NCBI GenBank assembly: GCA_964619725.1
Contig: CAZUFC010000028.1
Location: forward strand, 8,535 to 72,534
Direction of reading: 5' to 3'
From: an uncultured bacterium
GTDB taxonomy: Bacteria; CSSED10-310; CAZUFC01
DNA length: 64,000 nt
The position numbers were made by a program, and so were the translations under genes. Under the pieces are notes generated by a model. The model was not told where the DNA came from. It worked only from the letters and a program-made list of their open reading frames with translations, and made no database searches. This document shows positions 9,353-19,865 of this stretch, piece by piece. The first letter of the stretch is position 1. Each line of letters begins with the position of its first letter.

Positions 9353-10471
9353 TCATAAAATCAAGCCGGAATCCTGCATCAGTTCAATGACGGCGTCAGC
9401 AATTATTTCATGTCCTTCGGGAGTCGGATGACACATATCGGCGAAAAGCGCGCTTTTTTCATGCATGGATATGGGGGAAACATCTGCTGCATTGTTTTTT
9501 TTGTAATTATTCCACAGCCGGCGTTCCGTTTCTGCGATAAAAAACCTGGAGTTTTCTATTTTCCGGCATTCGCTTATATAAATATGCGGAACGGAAACGG
9601 GCGCCAGAATGATTGAAATGTCTTTTTTTTCGCAAAGGTCCAGCATAGTTTCGACATTTTGCTTGTATTCCAGAGGATTGACTCTCAATAAAATTTCATT
9701 TTCTTTAAGGTAATCGATCATGGGATCAGGTTCGTTGACGAGATGCGATACGGTCGACCTGACGAGCACTGAACTCCAGGAAGGCCCTTTTTTTTGCTGA
9801 AGGATGGGCGGAGGATTCCATTTTCCTTTCAACCAGGATTCCAGCAACCGGAATATGCCTGATTTTGAAACAAAATAACGAACTCTGTAAGCAAATTTCC
9901 GACTCATATGGTAAAGCTCTCTGTCAGTATAGCCTCTTTGCGCTGCCGGTCCCGCATCATTCCACCCGTAACTAATGATGATCAAATCGGGATTCAGCTC
10001 ATCCAGTCGTCTTTGAAGAAAAATGACGCCCTGCTGAGAGGTGGTACCCGGAATACCGCCGTTCCAGGCCTGATAATGCAATTTTTCCTGTTGCATCCGG
10101 TTGAGTTTATTTTCGATAAATTCATTCAAAGGAATTTCGCTTCGCAAACCGAAGATGCTCGAATCTCCCAAAGTAATAATCCGGAAACATCCTTCCGTTT
10201 TATGCAGCTTCGTTTCGGGTCCTCTCAGTTTGAGGGAATTAATCTGATATTTCAAATTCAATCGGTCGTCCAGGGCTGTCGTATTGGGTCTGAATTCCCA
10301 GAAAGCAGCGGAAATTTCTTTAAGACAGTGAGGATTAGCGAAAGCGCCCAGAACAGGCGGCGCTTGCGGCGGAGCAAAAAAGCGGCTGACGAGCGCTTCG
10401 GCAGCGACCAGGATAGCTGCTGCAACGATGCCTGCCAGAAGAGCCAGGAAGCGCTTTCTTTTTGTCATCAT
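9353..10471 (-). CDS. SGNH/GDSL hydrolase, membrane anchored
   Basis: LGDSSIFG, G.ND, DMCHP blocks. Confidence 0.9.
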   Translation of the reverse strand: MMTKRKRFLALLAGIVAAAILVAAEALVSRFFAPPQAPPVLGAFANPHCLKEISAAFWEFRPNTTALDDRLNLKYQINSLKLRGPETKLHKTEGCFRIITLGDSSIFGLRSEIPLNEFIENKLNRMQQEKLHYQAWNGGIPGTTSQQGVIFLQRRLDELNPDLIIISYGWNDAGPAAQRGYTDRELYHMSRKFAYRVRYFVSKSGIFRLLESWLKGKWNPPPILQQKKGPSWSSVLVRSTVSHLVNEPDPMIDYLKENEILLRVNPLEYKQNVETMLDLCEKKDISIILAPVSVPHIYISECRKIENSRFFIAETERRLWNNYKKNNAADVSPISMHEKSALFADMCHPTPEGHEIIADAVIELMQDSGLIL

Positions 10472-10491
10472 GCGAAAAACACGCTGCCGTC

Positions 10492-10893
10492 TCAGGAGTC
10501 GGATTGAATCTTGAGAAGGACCCTTCTGTTTCTGGGTCCGTCAAATTCGCAGAACATAATACCCTGCCATGTCCCCAGGAGCAGCCTTCCGCCCTCAATG
10601 ATAAGGAATTCCGAATTTCCGATCAAAGAAGACTTGATATGGGCTGCAGAATTGCCTTCCATGTGAGCATAGTCGTCCTCGAAAGGGATGACCTTATTCA
10701 GTTCCTTTTCGATATCGTATTTAACGTCGGGATCAGCATTTTCGTTGATGGTTATTCCGGCCGTAGTATGCGGACAATATACAAGGCAATATCCTGAGTT
10801 GATTTTCGATTCCTTGACTGCTTTCTGAACTTCTCCGGTAATATCGATCAATTGAGTCCTCTGTCGTGTTTTGACCGATAATTCTTTAATCAT
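10492..10893 (-). CDS. yjbQ: YjbQ/UPF0047 family protein
   Basis: HTTAGITINENADPDV, HMEGNSAAHIKSSL, LGTWQGI..EFDGPR. Confidence 0.95.
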   Translation of the reverse strand: MIKELSVKTRQRTQLIDITGEVQKAVKESKINSGYCLVYCPHTTAGITINENADPDVKYDIEKELNKVIPFEDDYAHMEGNSAAHIKSSLIGNSEFLIIEGGRLLLGTWQGIMFCEFDGPRNRRVLLKIQSDS

Positions 10894-11004
10894 TTTCAGA
10901 CCTCCCTGGCGTTCAATTAATAATATTTAAAGAATACACGTTTTTTTTCAACGGAAAGAGAAAACAGCATAATGCGAAAGCTATGAAAACCGAACGCTTT
11001 ATCC

Positions 11005-11850
11005 TCACAAATAGTCGCTGAAATAAGAAGGCACAGCGAAAGCCGCCTTATGAACATCAGGATTATAGTATCTGGTTTCAATATTCTGCTGCAGCCACCT
11101 TCGGTTGAGAGCGGATTCGTCGCAGGCGTCAATTCTTGCAGAGGCATAAGACAAAGTCCAGGGGGCGTTAGAGTAGGATGGAACGGACAGAAAGTAAGGG
11201 GCGCTGACGTCAAAAACGCGGCTGATGACATGGAATATTTCGGCGGTTTTCTGCGTTTCATAAAGAGATGAACCTATTTGTGCGGTCATAATTCCGTTGT
11301 TTTTGAGAACGTAACTAGCGTTTCGATAAAAATCTTCTGTGAACAATGTCACGCCCGGACCGACCGGGTCTGTCGAATCCACGATCATAACGTCAAAACG
11401 TTCATCCGTTTCTTTAATGAATTGAAGTCCGTCCGCGCATATAAACTCGACCTTAGGAGACTCAAAAGAGGACGACACCTCCGATAAATATTCCCTGGAA
11501 ACCTTTACTACTTCTTCATCAATATCAATTATTCTGACCGACTCGACAGTATCATGCTTTAGAACCTCCCTTGCCGCTCCCCCGTCTCCTCCGCCGATAA
11601 TAATAACGCGTTGGGGGTTGGGATGAGCGAAAAGCGGGACATGAACGATCATTTCATGATAGATAAATTCATCAAATTCTGTCAGCATAACAGTATCGTC
11701 AATGATCAGCATTCTTCCGAATTCGATGGATTCCGCTATCTGAATTCGTTGATGAGGGCTTTGGCGGGTATGTAAAATGCCTTGGATTTTAATCTGTAAA
11801 CGAGACGTTTTCGTATTATGTTCAACGAACCAGAGCCCATCTTGCATCAT
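11005..11850 (-). CDS. speE: Spermidine synthase
   Basis: DEFIYHEMIVH, IIGGGDGG, DSTDPVGP. Confidence 0.95.
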   Translation of the reverse strand: MMQDGLWFVEHNTKTSRLQIKIQGILHTRQSPHQRIQIAESIEFGRMLIIDDTVMLTEFDEFIYHEMIVHVPLFAHPNPQRVIIIGGGDGGAAREVLKHDTVESVRIIDIDEEVVKVSREYLSEVSSSFESPKVEFICADGLQFIKETDERFDVMIVDSTDPVGPGVTLFTEDFYRNASYVLKNNGIMTAQIGSSLYETQKTAEIFHVISRVFDVSAPYFLSVPSYSNAPWTLSYASARIDACDESALNRRWLQQNIETRYYNPDVHKAAFAVPSYFSDYL

Positions 11851-11872
11851 TAATCAACCCGTGCAAACTCAG

Positions 11873-12262
11873 TCAAGTCGGTTTGTGTGACAACGAACCC
11901 GCAGGTCTGTCCGCAAATATTCCTCTTTTAAATTCATTCTGTGAAGTTGATCCTGCCTGCAGTTCCGTCTTCAAAAAATCGTAGGCATTCCAGGGGTCTA
12001 TTGTGTTGCCGCATGTAAAAAAGTCCACGGCGGCATAGCCATATTCGGGCCAGGTATGGATTGAAAGGTGTGATTCAGCGATTATAATCACTCCGCTGAC
12101 TCCATATTCATCGAAATTTATAAAAGGAGATACGTAACGAATCGAAGCCTCCATTTTTTCGGCCGCTTTCGTCATAATTTCTTTTAATCGCTCAGCATCT
12201 TTCAGGATGCGAACATCGCAATCAAAATAATCTAATAAAACATGTCTGCCCAAAGCATCCAA
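11873..12262 (-). CDS. speD: S-adenosylmethionine decarboxylase proenzyme
   Basis: LGRH, GVSGV..IAESHLSIHTWPE (E-S self-cleavage site), DFFTCG; likely TTG start at 12262 after GGAGAAGG. Confidence 0.95.
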   Translation of the reverse strand: MDALGRHVLLDYFDCDVRILKDAERLKEIMTKAAEKMEASIRYVSPFINFDEYGVSGVIIIAESHLSIHTWPEYGYAAVDFFTCGNTIDPWNAYDFLKTELQAGSTSQNEFKRGIFADRPAGSLSHKPT

Positions 12263-12573
12263 TTTTCCTTCTCCGACGTTTATGGTTAACCTCTTATTCC
12301 TTTTATCGCGCCCGGCGTTATGTTTCAAATTCCCGGTTATTAATATGAGATCGCTGGGCGACAGGCACGAAAAACTGTTTAACATATTCAAAAGGTTACT
12401 GTCAATAATATTATCGAAAAGAATTCAATTTTCAGGCTTCTCCGCAATGCATCCATGGCGGCTGCGCAACGAAAATCTGGAAGCGAACAAGAAATCGCCT
12501 TGCAAAACAACGATTCTTAATGTAATAGTTACACTCCGAAGAGAAAGCGCTTTTGAAGAGGATGGAGGTTGGC

Positions 12574-13677
12574 ATGAACGATAAAAACAAGATATATTCA
12601 ATCATAATGGCAGGGGGACAGGGAAAGCGTTTTTGGCCGTTAAGCCGCAGCAATCGGCCGAAACAGTTTTTAAAATTATTGGGTGATCGTTCTTTGCTGG
12701 CTGAAACCTTTCATCGTCTTTATCCAGAGATTTCCACTGAGAATGAAGTTCTAATCGTCACTCACGCAGATTACGTCGATCTGGTAAAAAAGGATATTGA
12801 AATATTGCCTCCTGAAAATATTCTGATTGAACCGCAGGGTAAAAACACCGGTCCCGCCGTCGGTTACTCGTGCGTTCCGGTATTAAATTGCGATCCTGAA
12901 GCGGTTGTAGCCGTATTTCCATCTGATCATGTTATAAGACCAAGATCAGAATTTCAGGACGCTATCCGATTGGCAGCCGACAAAGCGGCACGGGAAGAAT
13001 GCATAGTAACCCTGGGGATACCGCCCACGAGTCCGGCCACGGGTTACGGATATATTGAAATTGCCGAAGCTGTTCAGGAAAATTCTGCGGAGATTCACGA
13101 AGTTCTGGCATTCACGGAGAAACCGGATTTGTCGAAAGCCGTTGAATACTTTAAAAGCAACCGGTATTTCTGGAATTCGGGCATATTCATTTTCCAGGTC
13201 AAAGCCGTTCTGCGAGCTTTTCAAAAACTTTTACCGCAAGTGTATGATGGGATGATTACGTTGCTCGACAACTGGAACAAGGCGAAAAAGGATGAAATTA
13301 TTGAAGATTGCTTCAAGAAGTTTGATTTTGTATCATTTGATGTGGGTATAATGAATCATTATTCTCCGATTTATACTATTCCCGCAAATTTTTATTGGAA
13401 CGACGTCGGCGATTTCAGTTCATTTTTCGACGAATTAAGGTCCATGGGCAAAGCGAAAGATCAGAACAACATCTCGAACAAAGATATTTTTTTCATGGAT
13501 TGCAGAAACGCTGCAGTACACGCCAAGGAACGTTTCGGCGTGGTGATAGGTTGTGAAGATGTAGTGATTATCGATACCCCCGACGTTTTTCTGGTTTGCG
13601 ATAAAGATAAAACGCAGGAAATCAATAAAGTAGTGAATAAATTGAGCTCAGACTCTGAAACAATAAAGTATACTTGA
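12574..13677 (+). CDS. manC: Mannose-1-phosphate guanylyltransferase
   Basis: MAGGQGKRFWPLSR...PKQF, EP.GKNT, F.EKP, WNSGIF, WNDVG. Confidence 0.93.
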   Translation: MNDKNKIYSIIMAGGQGKRFWPLSRSNRPKQFLKLLGDRSLLAETFHRLYPEISTENEVLIVTHADYVDLVKKDIEILPPENILIEPQGKNTGPAVGYSCVPVLNCDPEAVVAVFPSDHVIRPRSEFQDAIRLAADKAAREECIVTLGIPPTSPATGYGYIEIAEAVQENSAEIHEVLAFTEKPDLSKAVEYFKSNRYFWNSGIFIFQVKAVLRAFQKLLPQVYDGMITLLDNWNKAKKDEIIEDCFKKFDFVSFDVGIMNHYSPIYTIPANFYWNDVGDFSSFFDELRSMGKAKDQNNISNKDIFFMDCRNAAVHAKERFGVVIGCEDVVIIDTPDVFLVCDKDKTQEINKVVNKLSSDSETIKYT

Positions 13678-13695
13678 AGTTGAAAGGAGCTTTAA

Positions 13696-14817
13696 ATGAA
13701 AAATGACAAACTCAGATTAACAGCGATATTCGTATTAATCGTTTCTGCATCATGGCTTTTCGCCTGTTCTTCTGAAGAAAAAAAATCAAGGGGGAAAGAC
13801 ATATCGGAAATGATCGATCCTTATAAAAAAGGTGAAACCTCAGTTCAAAAGCGCGAGGTCCCTGAAGCGCCTGAGTCGTCGGTGAAGAAGCAATCGTCGG
13901 AGCGTGAAAAAGCATCCGATGAAAAGCTGGATATTGCGGCGAGAATAAACGGTACGCCTATACCCATGAGCCGAGTCGATGAAGAAGTAGAAAAATTAAC
14001 CAATAAATTTCACGAAAAAATGCCTCAATTGAAGTTTTCTGAAGCGCAACTCAAAAATATGCAAAAGGATTTTTTGAATCGCATTATCCAGAAGGAAGTG
14101 CTGCTTGGAGAATGTGATCGGCGCAACATTGCGGTGACTGAGGAGGAAATTGACAGCAAAATCGACGGGGTTAAAAAATTATTCGGAGATTCGCCGGAAG
14201 CGAAGAAGCGTTTTGAAGAAGGCATAGATGACATGGAGAAATTCAGAGAAGAAGTGAGGAAACAAGCCAGGATCGATAAATTGCTGAATCAAATTGTTCC
14301 GGAAGAGTTAGGTTATACCGACGACGATTTGAAAGCCTTTTTCGAGGAAAACAAAGAAAGATTTCAGGAGAGACCCAAAGCGAAAGTCGAACAAATTTTC
14401 ATTAAATTCGATGAAACGGATGAAGCGAGCAAAGAGGAAGCAGAAAAACGAGCCGAAGAAATACTACAAGAGTTGAAAAGCGGCGGAAATTTCAACGAAC
14501 TGGCGAAGAAACATTCTGATGACACCCAAACTGCAGAAAAAGGCGGAGATATGGGATACGTCGAGAAGGGACGACTGTTTCCTCAGTTCGATGAAGTCGT
14601 TTTTTCGATAGAGCTGAATAAAATCAGCGACATAATCGAGACGTCGATCGGTTATCATATCATAAGAGTACTTGAAAGGACCGAACCTGAAGAAGCCAGT
14701 TTCGAAGATATGAAAGAGCAAGTGGAAAAGACGTTCAAACACCGGAAGACAAAAACGATAAAAGATGAATTCATCGAAAAGATGAAGAACGAAGCTGATA
14801 TAGAAATCTATTTATAG
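13696..14817 (+). CDS. SurA/PrsA-type parvulin peptidyl-prolyl isomerase lipoprotein
   Basis: Lipobox LFAC; F.ELAKKHSDD...GGDMG...GYHIIRV. Confidence 0.9.
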   Translation: MKNDKLRLTAIFVLIVSASWLFACSSEEKKSRGKDISEMIDPYKKGETSVQKREVPEAPESSVKKQSSEREKASDEKLDIAARINGTPIPMSRVDEEVEKLTNKFHEKMPQLKFSEAQLKNMQKDFLNRIIQKEVLLGECDRRNIAVTEEEIDSKIDGVKKLFGDSPEAKKRFEEGIDDMEKFREEVRKQARIDKLLNQIVPEELGYTDDDLKAFFEENKERFQERPKAKVEQIFIKFDETDEASKEEAEKRAEEILQELKSGGNFNELAKKHSDDTQTAEKGGDMGYVEKGRLFPQFDEVVFSIELNKISDIIETSIGYHIIRVLERTEPEEASFEDMKEQVEKTFKHRKTKTIKDEFIEKMKNEADIEIYL

Positions 14818-14936
14818 CCGGCGCCGCCCTGAAAACTCGCAGCGCCTCTTGATCTTTACATTAAGCCAAGCTGTCGAGTCGGCGTTTGAGTCTACATTCG
14901 AATGCCGAATGAAATTTTACTGCCGTAGAGGTATTT

Positions 14937-15734
14937 TTATTTCTGGGAATTCTGAAAAAGTTCCGGATTGGAATCGTTGCCGTTCGCCTTCTTGTTTTTG
15001 TTGTTCGCAGATTGTTTTTTATCAGGGGTTTCGGCACTGTTCCCGGAATGGTCCGGTGATTTGCCCTGTTCTGTTCCAGTTTTTTTATTCATTTCGCTGA
15101 ATTTTGTCTGAACCTTGGCTGAATTTTTTTTCTGACGGGCAACATTATTTTTTTCACCGTTCGCTGCTTTATTATCCTCGTCAGATACTTCAGGAGCTTC
15201 CGGCTTTTTTTCAGCAGAAGCTGCATCTTGCATTTCGACTTTGCCTTTGAAGACAGCGCCTTCGGAAATGATTATTTTTTCGGATCGAATATCCCCGATC
15301 ATAGACCCTTGAGCGCTGAGGATCATTTTTTTTCGTGCATTGACATTTCCGACTAATCTTCCTTCCACATTGACGACGTCAGCTTCAATATCCGCTTCAA
15401 CATTGCCGTTTCTCATGATGGTAAGGTCTCTTTCCAGAATGATTTCACCTTCAAATCGCCCGTCAATCTTGACGTTTCCGTTTCCTCTTAATTCACCTTT
15501 AAAAGAAATATCTTTTCCGAAAACAGTCGTACTTGCCTCCCTGATAGGAGGAGCGGAATTCCGAACAGAGGAAGGAGATTTTGCAAACGAAGGTCTTCTT
15601 GAAAAATCGGCTGATGTGGGTTTCCCGGTCATTTTTTTCTCCGATTCCGTTTTTCTGGCTGCTGGTACGGGTTTGTATTCTTTATCTTCAAACCCGTTTT
15701 CTTTTGTTTTTTTATCAAAAAATTTAAAAGCCAT
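14937..15734 (-). CDS. Bactofilin (polymer-forming cytoskeletal protein)
   Basis: Beta-helix repeats (FKGEL..G.VKIDG.FEG...GDI...I.EGAVFKG) flanked by disordered charged tails. Confidence 0.9.
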   Translation of the reverse strand: MAFKFFDKKTKENGFEDKEYKPVPAARKTESEKKMTGKPTSADFSRRPSFAKSPSSVRNSAPPIREASTTVFGKDISFKGELRGNGNVKIDGRFEGEIILERDLTIMRNGNVEADIEADVVNVEGRLVGNVNARKKMILSAQGSMIGDIRSEKIIISEGAVFKGKVEMQDAASAEKKPEAPEVSDEDNKAANGEKNNVARQKKNSAKVQTKFSEMNKKTGTEQGKSPDHSGNSAETPDKKQSANNKNKKANGNDSNPELFQNSQK

Positions 15735-15886
15735 GTCTTGTCTTTCCTCCGATTTGATTCTGCTTTGCCCGGGAATGACTGCCGGGTATCAAAGAATCCG
15801 AAATTTTTCCGGAAGCATAAATTGTCGAGCTTTCCAATTCATGATCGAGAATCCAGGAAGAAGAGCTCTTACAATTATAAAGAGAA

Positions 15887-15959
15887 AGCGGGCAACGGGG
15901 TTCGAACCCGCGACACCGAGCTTGGGAAGCTCGTACTCTACCAACTGAGCTATGCCCGC
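15887..15959 (-). tRNA. tRNA-Gly(CCC), CCA not encoded
   Basis: GCGGGCA acceptor stem, D arm TAGCTCAGTTGGTAGAG, anticodon loop TT-CCC-AA, T arm GGTTCGAACCC. Confidence 0.97.
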
Positions 15960-15994
15960 ACGATTTGGCAAAATTATTATAGCAAGTCAGGGGA

Positions 15995-18238
15995 TCATTT
16001 CAAGTCTTTTATTTCATTTTCGACATCGCGAAAGTGCTGGTCCTGGCTTTTAATTTTCTGGAATGTGCGCAGGGCATCCTTCAACCTGCCGGTTTGTTTA
16101 TAAATGAGCGCCAGCTCATAGTTCAAGCCCATCACTTTATCTTTATCGTTGTGCACTTGCTCTATGGCTTGCGTCAGGAGCTGAACAGCTTCATCCTCCT
16201 CATTTTTTTCAATATAACACCTGGCGAGGTTGATGACGCTTTCCAGGAAAATATCGGGACTTTTTGCAGACAATTTAAATTCACTGATGGCTTCATCAAT
16301 GAGTCCCATTTCCAGATAAGCTATTCCCAGATCATATCTGGTTTCATAATCTTCAGCGCTGACCTTTCTGTCAATTCCTTTTCTGAATTCGTCCACAACC
16401 TGATTCACATCCACATCGGTTTGAATGCCTACGGGAGCATCCACGCGAATTTCATCCGCATGCAATTCCGAAGGGAAAATCGATTCATCGAACATCTCAT
16501 TCTCAGGAACGCTTTTCAGGATGTCTTCGGTATTTTTATTTTTAGATAACTGCGTCATCAATTCATTAGCCAGCTCATGATCCGGTTTTACCTGTAGAAT
16601 CTCATTCAGCGTTTGTGCAGCGAGTTCCGGTTCATTTTCTTTAATCCACTGTTTGGCGAGGAATTCTGCATGTTTAACAAAAGATTCAATATCGTCTTTT
16701 GATTTATAGATATTCTTCAGACCCTGGTGAGCTCCCGGATCGGTGAAATCGATTTTCAGGATTTCCTGGAACCTGTTTATCGCGTTGTCAATCAAGTTAT
16801 ATTTTATAAAAACGTCAGCTTCGTTCCTAAGTTCATCAATCATATTTTTCTGTTTGCGCGTCAGAACCGGAGCGAACCCTTTTTTTCTCCTTTCCGCTTC
16901 CGGCCGTTTCAGCCCCTGGAATTCCACGCCGAATGTTTCGTCGTAATCCGGCAATTCCATTTCTTCATCGGTCTTTTCCATTTCAACTTTTTTTTCGATT
17001 TCATGCGACGGAGTTTTCTGCGGCGCTTTTGAAACAGGTTCCGGTTCAATGAAAACCGGTTTTTTCCCCAGCTCCCTGGCTAATTCAAAATAATTTTTCC
17101 GGTAAGCCTGGATTTCCGGATTGGCGCGATAAAGACGCTCGCTTAATTTAAAAGCCTCTCCCACATTTCCTTCTTTTCTGTATTCATCAATGACGGCAAG
17201 AGATTCCTCCTCTGCCCTCTCCAGCATCCCCAGTCTTTGAAAAACAAGAGCGATCTTTCTGCGAACTCTCTTATCCGACGGTTCTGCCTCTCTCATTTGC
17301 TGAAGTATTTTTAAGGCCTTTTCGTATTGTTCGTTCTCCATATACTTCTGGAGAATGCTGTTCAGATACTTGTAACCCTTCTCATATTTTCCGATTGAAA
17401 GAAGAAGTCTTCCGACGATTTCCTGAACGTCTTCATTTTGCGGCTGTAATTTAAGGATTTTTAGGAATGCGGTCAGAGCCGCTTCGGTACGGCCTTCTTG
17501 AATATAAGTTTTACCGAGTGTAAAAAGAGCTTCAATATCATCTGGAAAAAGACGCAATATTTTCTGCAGGGTGTCGATAACCAGGTCATTGCGGCCGGAA
17601 TGCATATAGATGGAGACTATTCCTTTTAAGGAGCTGGTTTCAGTGGGGTCCAGATTGAAAGCTTTTTTGTAATAGGTAAAAGCTTTCTGAATTTCGCCCT
17701 TTCGAAAGTAGCCCTCGCCGACTTTGATATATTCGCTTGCAGCTTTATCGGGCATGGCCTGCCGGTCGTACATTTCTCCAATTTTAATTCTGACTTCCAG
17801 GTTGGAGGGGTCCAGCGCAGCAATTTGTCTGTAACTTTCCAGCGCCTTATCCAGATTCATTTTGTTTTCGTAGTGACGAGCCAGTATTTGAATCTGCTCA
17901 ATGGCATCTCGAATAAGCCCCTGATCTGAATAAAGCTGGGCCAGCTTGGAGTAAACTTCAGTTCTGGAGGAATCGAGCCGTAAGATTTTTCTATAAAGCG
18001 CGATAGCTTTAGGCATAAATTCGCGCGTTTCGTAATATTCGGCAGCTACGAGAAAATTTTCCACTGCTTTCGGTATGTCACCCTTGTTCAGATACAGTTC
18101 ACCAATGCTATTGTACAGGCTGGTTTCGCCGTAATCATCCTGAGACAATTTTTCGTATTCCGCAATAGCTTTGTCCCATTGTTTTTTAGCGACATGCCTT
18201 TCGGCGCTTTTCAATATTTTCTTTTTATTGGTCGGCAT
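15995..18238 (-). CDS. Large TPR protein, SgmX-like architecture
   Basis: N-terminal TPR array, acidic linker, C-terminal TPRs with YDLGIAYLEMGLIDEAI. Confidence 0.8.
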   Translation of the reverse strand: MPTNKKKILKSAERHVAKKQWDKAIAEYEKLSQDDYGETSLYNSIGELYLNKGDIPKAVENFLVAAEYYETREFMPKAIALYRKILRLDSSRTEVYSKLAQLYSDQGLIRDAIEQIQILARHYENKMNLDKALESYRQIAALDPSNLEVRIKIGEMYDRQAMPDKAASEYIKVGEGYFRKGEIQKAFTYYKKAFNLDPTETSSLKGIVSIYMHSGRNDLVIDTLQKILRLFPDDIEALFTLGKTYIQEGRTEAALTAFLKILKLQPQNEDVQEIVGRLLLSIGKYEKGYKYLNSILQKYMENEQYEKALKILQQMREAEPSDKRVRRKIALVFQRLGMLERAEEESLAVIDEYRKEGNVGEAFKLSERLYRANPEIQAYRKNYFELARELGKKPVFIEPEPVSKAPQKTPSHEIEKKVEMEKTDEEMELPDYDETFGVEFQGLKRPEAERRKKGFAPVLTRKQKNMIDELRNEADVFIKYNLIDNAINRFQEILKIDFTDPGAHQGLKNIYKSKDDIESFVKHAEFLAKQWIKENEPELAAQTLNEILQVKPDHELANELMTQLSKNKNTEDILKSVPENEMFDESIFPSELHADEIRVDAPVGIQTDVDVNQVVDEFRKGIDRKVSAEDYETRYDLGIAYLEMGLIDEAISEFKLSAKSPDIFLESVINLARCYIEKNEEDEAVQLLTQAIEQVHNDKDKVMGLNYELALIYKQTGRLKDALRTFQKIKSQDQHFRDVENEIKDLK

Positions 18239-18380
18239 TTGTCTCCTTCCATGCACTCATATTTTCTCAGGATATGTAACCAAAAATCGCCCCTTTAGTC
18301 AAACTATTTGAAGCAAAAAAGGTCAAGGCCGTCAATTTCATCACAGACTAAGGCATTAAAGGCTATTCGGCTTATCTGAT

Positions 18381-19859
18381 TCATTTATTTTCCGCGCTGT
18401 TCAATTGAACGGCATCTTTCATTTTTTTCGAAGATGACCGTTTGGTTCTCTTGTGGAATCCCCCTGATCTCAAGGCCTCTTTAACGGCTCTTGTCAAACT
18501 GATGTTCCACCGTTTAGCATAAATGGAAAGAAAGGTAAGCCGATGGATCATCAGAAACAGTGGATTCGGCGGTAATTTAACAAGTTTTTTAACGATTGCG
18601 AAAGTCCAGGGCCATCGAAAAACCACATAAAAAAACTTATGAAAATTAACGCTCCGATTTATATCTTTTTGTTTGAGAATGCTTTTATTGTGATAGTTCG
18701 GATCGATTTCACCACAGTCTATTTTTCCGACTTTATCGGATTTTTGAAGCATATCGCCGAGTTGCGTACGGGGGTAGGGCTGAAAAATTGAACACCAAAC
18801 GAAAGTCGGTTTTAAATTGAGGTTCATTTGAATAGTCTCTGAGGCGTTTTCGTATGTTTCGCCTGGAATTCCGAATATGTTCGTAGTGCAGAAATTCATG
18901 TTGTATTTTTTCAGCAGAGCGCCGGCTCTGATGATTTGTTCATTGGTTAAGGACTTTCTGAGGACTTCATTTCTCAATTTTTCATTTCCTGTTTCAATTC
19001 CGAAAATTACATTAATGCATCCTGCTTCTTTTAATCCCGAAATGATTTCTTCATCCATCAAATCAGCCCGAATGGAACATATGAAAGGTTTGCGGATATG
19101 TTCGGCATAAAGGCGATTGAAGCTGCGAAGCCACTGTTTTTGCGATCCGAAAAGATCATCTTCAAATCGAAATGTTTTGACGGGGACCATATCTAAAATC
19201 TGTTGCAATTCCTCAATAACGTTTTCCGGGCTTCTTCGCCGGACGTATTTTCCTTTATTTTCGTAAAGTTTTTTAGAGCTGTGATTGAAGCAAAAAGCGC
19301 AATCGTAGGGACAGCCTCTTCCGCTAATAAGACGTTTAACGGGATTCTCATAAAGGTGTTTGTATTTATAATAGTCTGTTCTGTCGGGAAAAGGCAGCTC
19401 ATCAAGATTATCAATCAACGGTCTGATATCGTTTTTAATTAATTTTCCGTCTCTCACGGTCCACATATTCCGGATTTTCGACGTATCGCCGCCTTGATCC
19501 AGGCAGTCCGCCAGGTCTTTGAGCGCTCCTTCCCCTTCTCCCCTGCAAACGAAATCAATGGAGGGTTCATTGATGATTTCGGGGAAGAAAGTAGCGTGAG
19601 GACCGCCTATGACGGTTTTAACTGATGAAGAATAGTTGTTTTTGATTAATTCGGCCAGGCTGACCACCCAATGATGATAACCGGTGACCGCAGAAAATGC
19701 CGCTATATCCGGTTTGAACTTTCGTACTTCTTCCATCAATTGTTTTTCTTTGCCTATCCTCATCCGGCATTCGTGTCCATGTAGCTTCAGATAAGCAGAG
19801 AGAGACATAGAGCCGAGAAATTCAAACCATATCCTTTGTAAAAATATAATCCTGGCCAT
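18381..19859 (-). CDS. Cobalamin-binding radical SAM protein
   Basis: GGPHATF..GEGE B12 domain; RGCPYDCAFC. Confidence 0.92.
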   Translation of the reverse strand: MARIIFLQRIWFEFLGSMSLSAYLKLHGHECRMRIGKEKQLMEEVRKFKPDIAAFSAVTGYHHWVVSLAELIKNNYSSSVKTVIGGPHATFFPEIINEPSIDFVCRGEGEGALKDLADCLDQGGDTSKIRNMWTVRDGKLIKNDIRPLIDNLDELPFPDRTDYYKYKHLYENPVKRLISGRGCPYDCAFCFNHSSKKLYENKGKYVRRRSPENVIEELQQILDMVPVKTFRFEDDLFGSQKQWLRSFNRLYAEHIRKPFICSIRADLMDEEIISGLKEAGCINVIFGIETGNEKLRNEVLRKSLTNEQIIRAGALLKKYNMNFCTTNIFGIPGETYENASETIQMNLNLKPTFVWCSIFQPYPRTQLGDMLQKSDKVGKIDCGEIDPNYHNKSILKQKDINRSVNFHKFFYVVFRWPWTFAIVKKLVKLPPNPLFLMIHRLTFLSIYAKRWNISLTRAVKEALRSGGFHKRTKRSSSKKMKDAVQLNSAENK

Positions 19860-19865
19860 AGTTCT

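Noticed and set aside
13675-13698. Read-through fusion of manC with the in-frame PPIase gene
   Set aside because: The spacer holds a second TGA and a TAA, and the downstream gene has its own SD and signal peptide.
15789-16103. ORFs overlapping the tRNA-Gly; tRNA as an integration site
   Set aside because: The ORFs are translations of the tRNA; no integrase or duplicated tRNA 3' end was seen.
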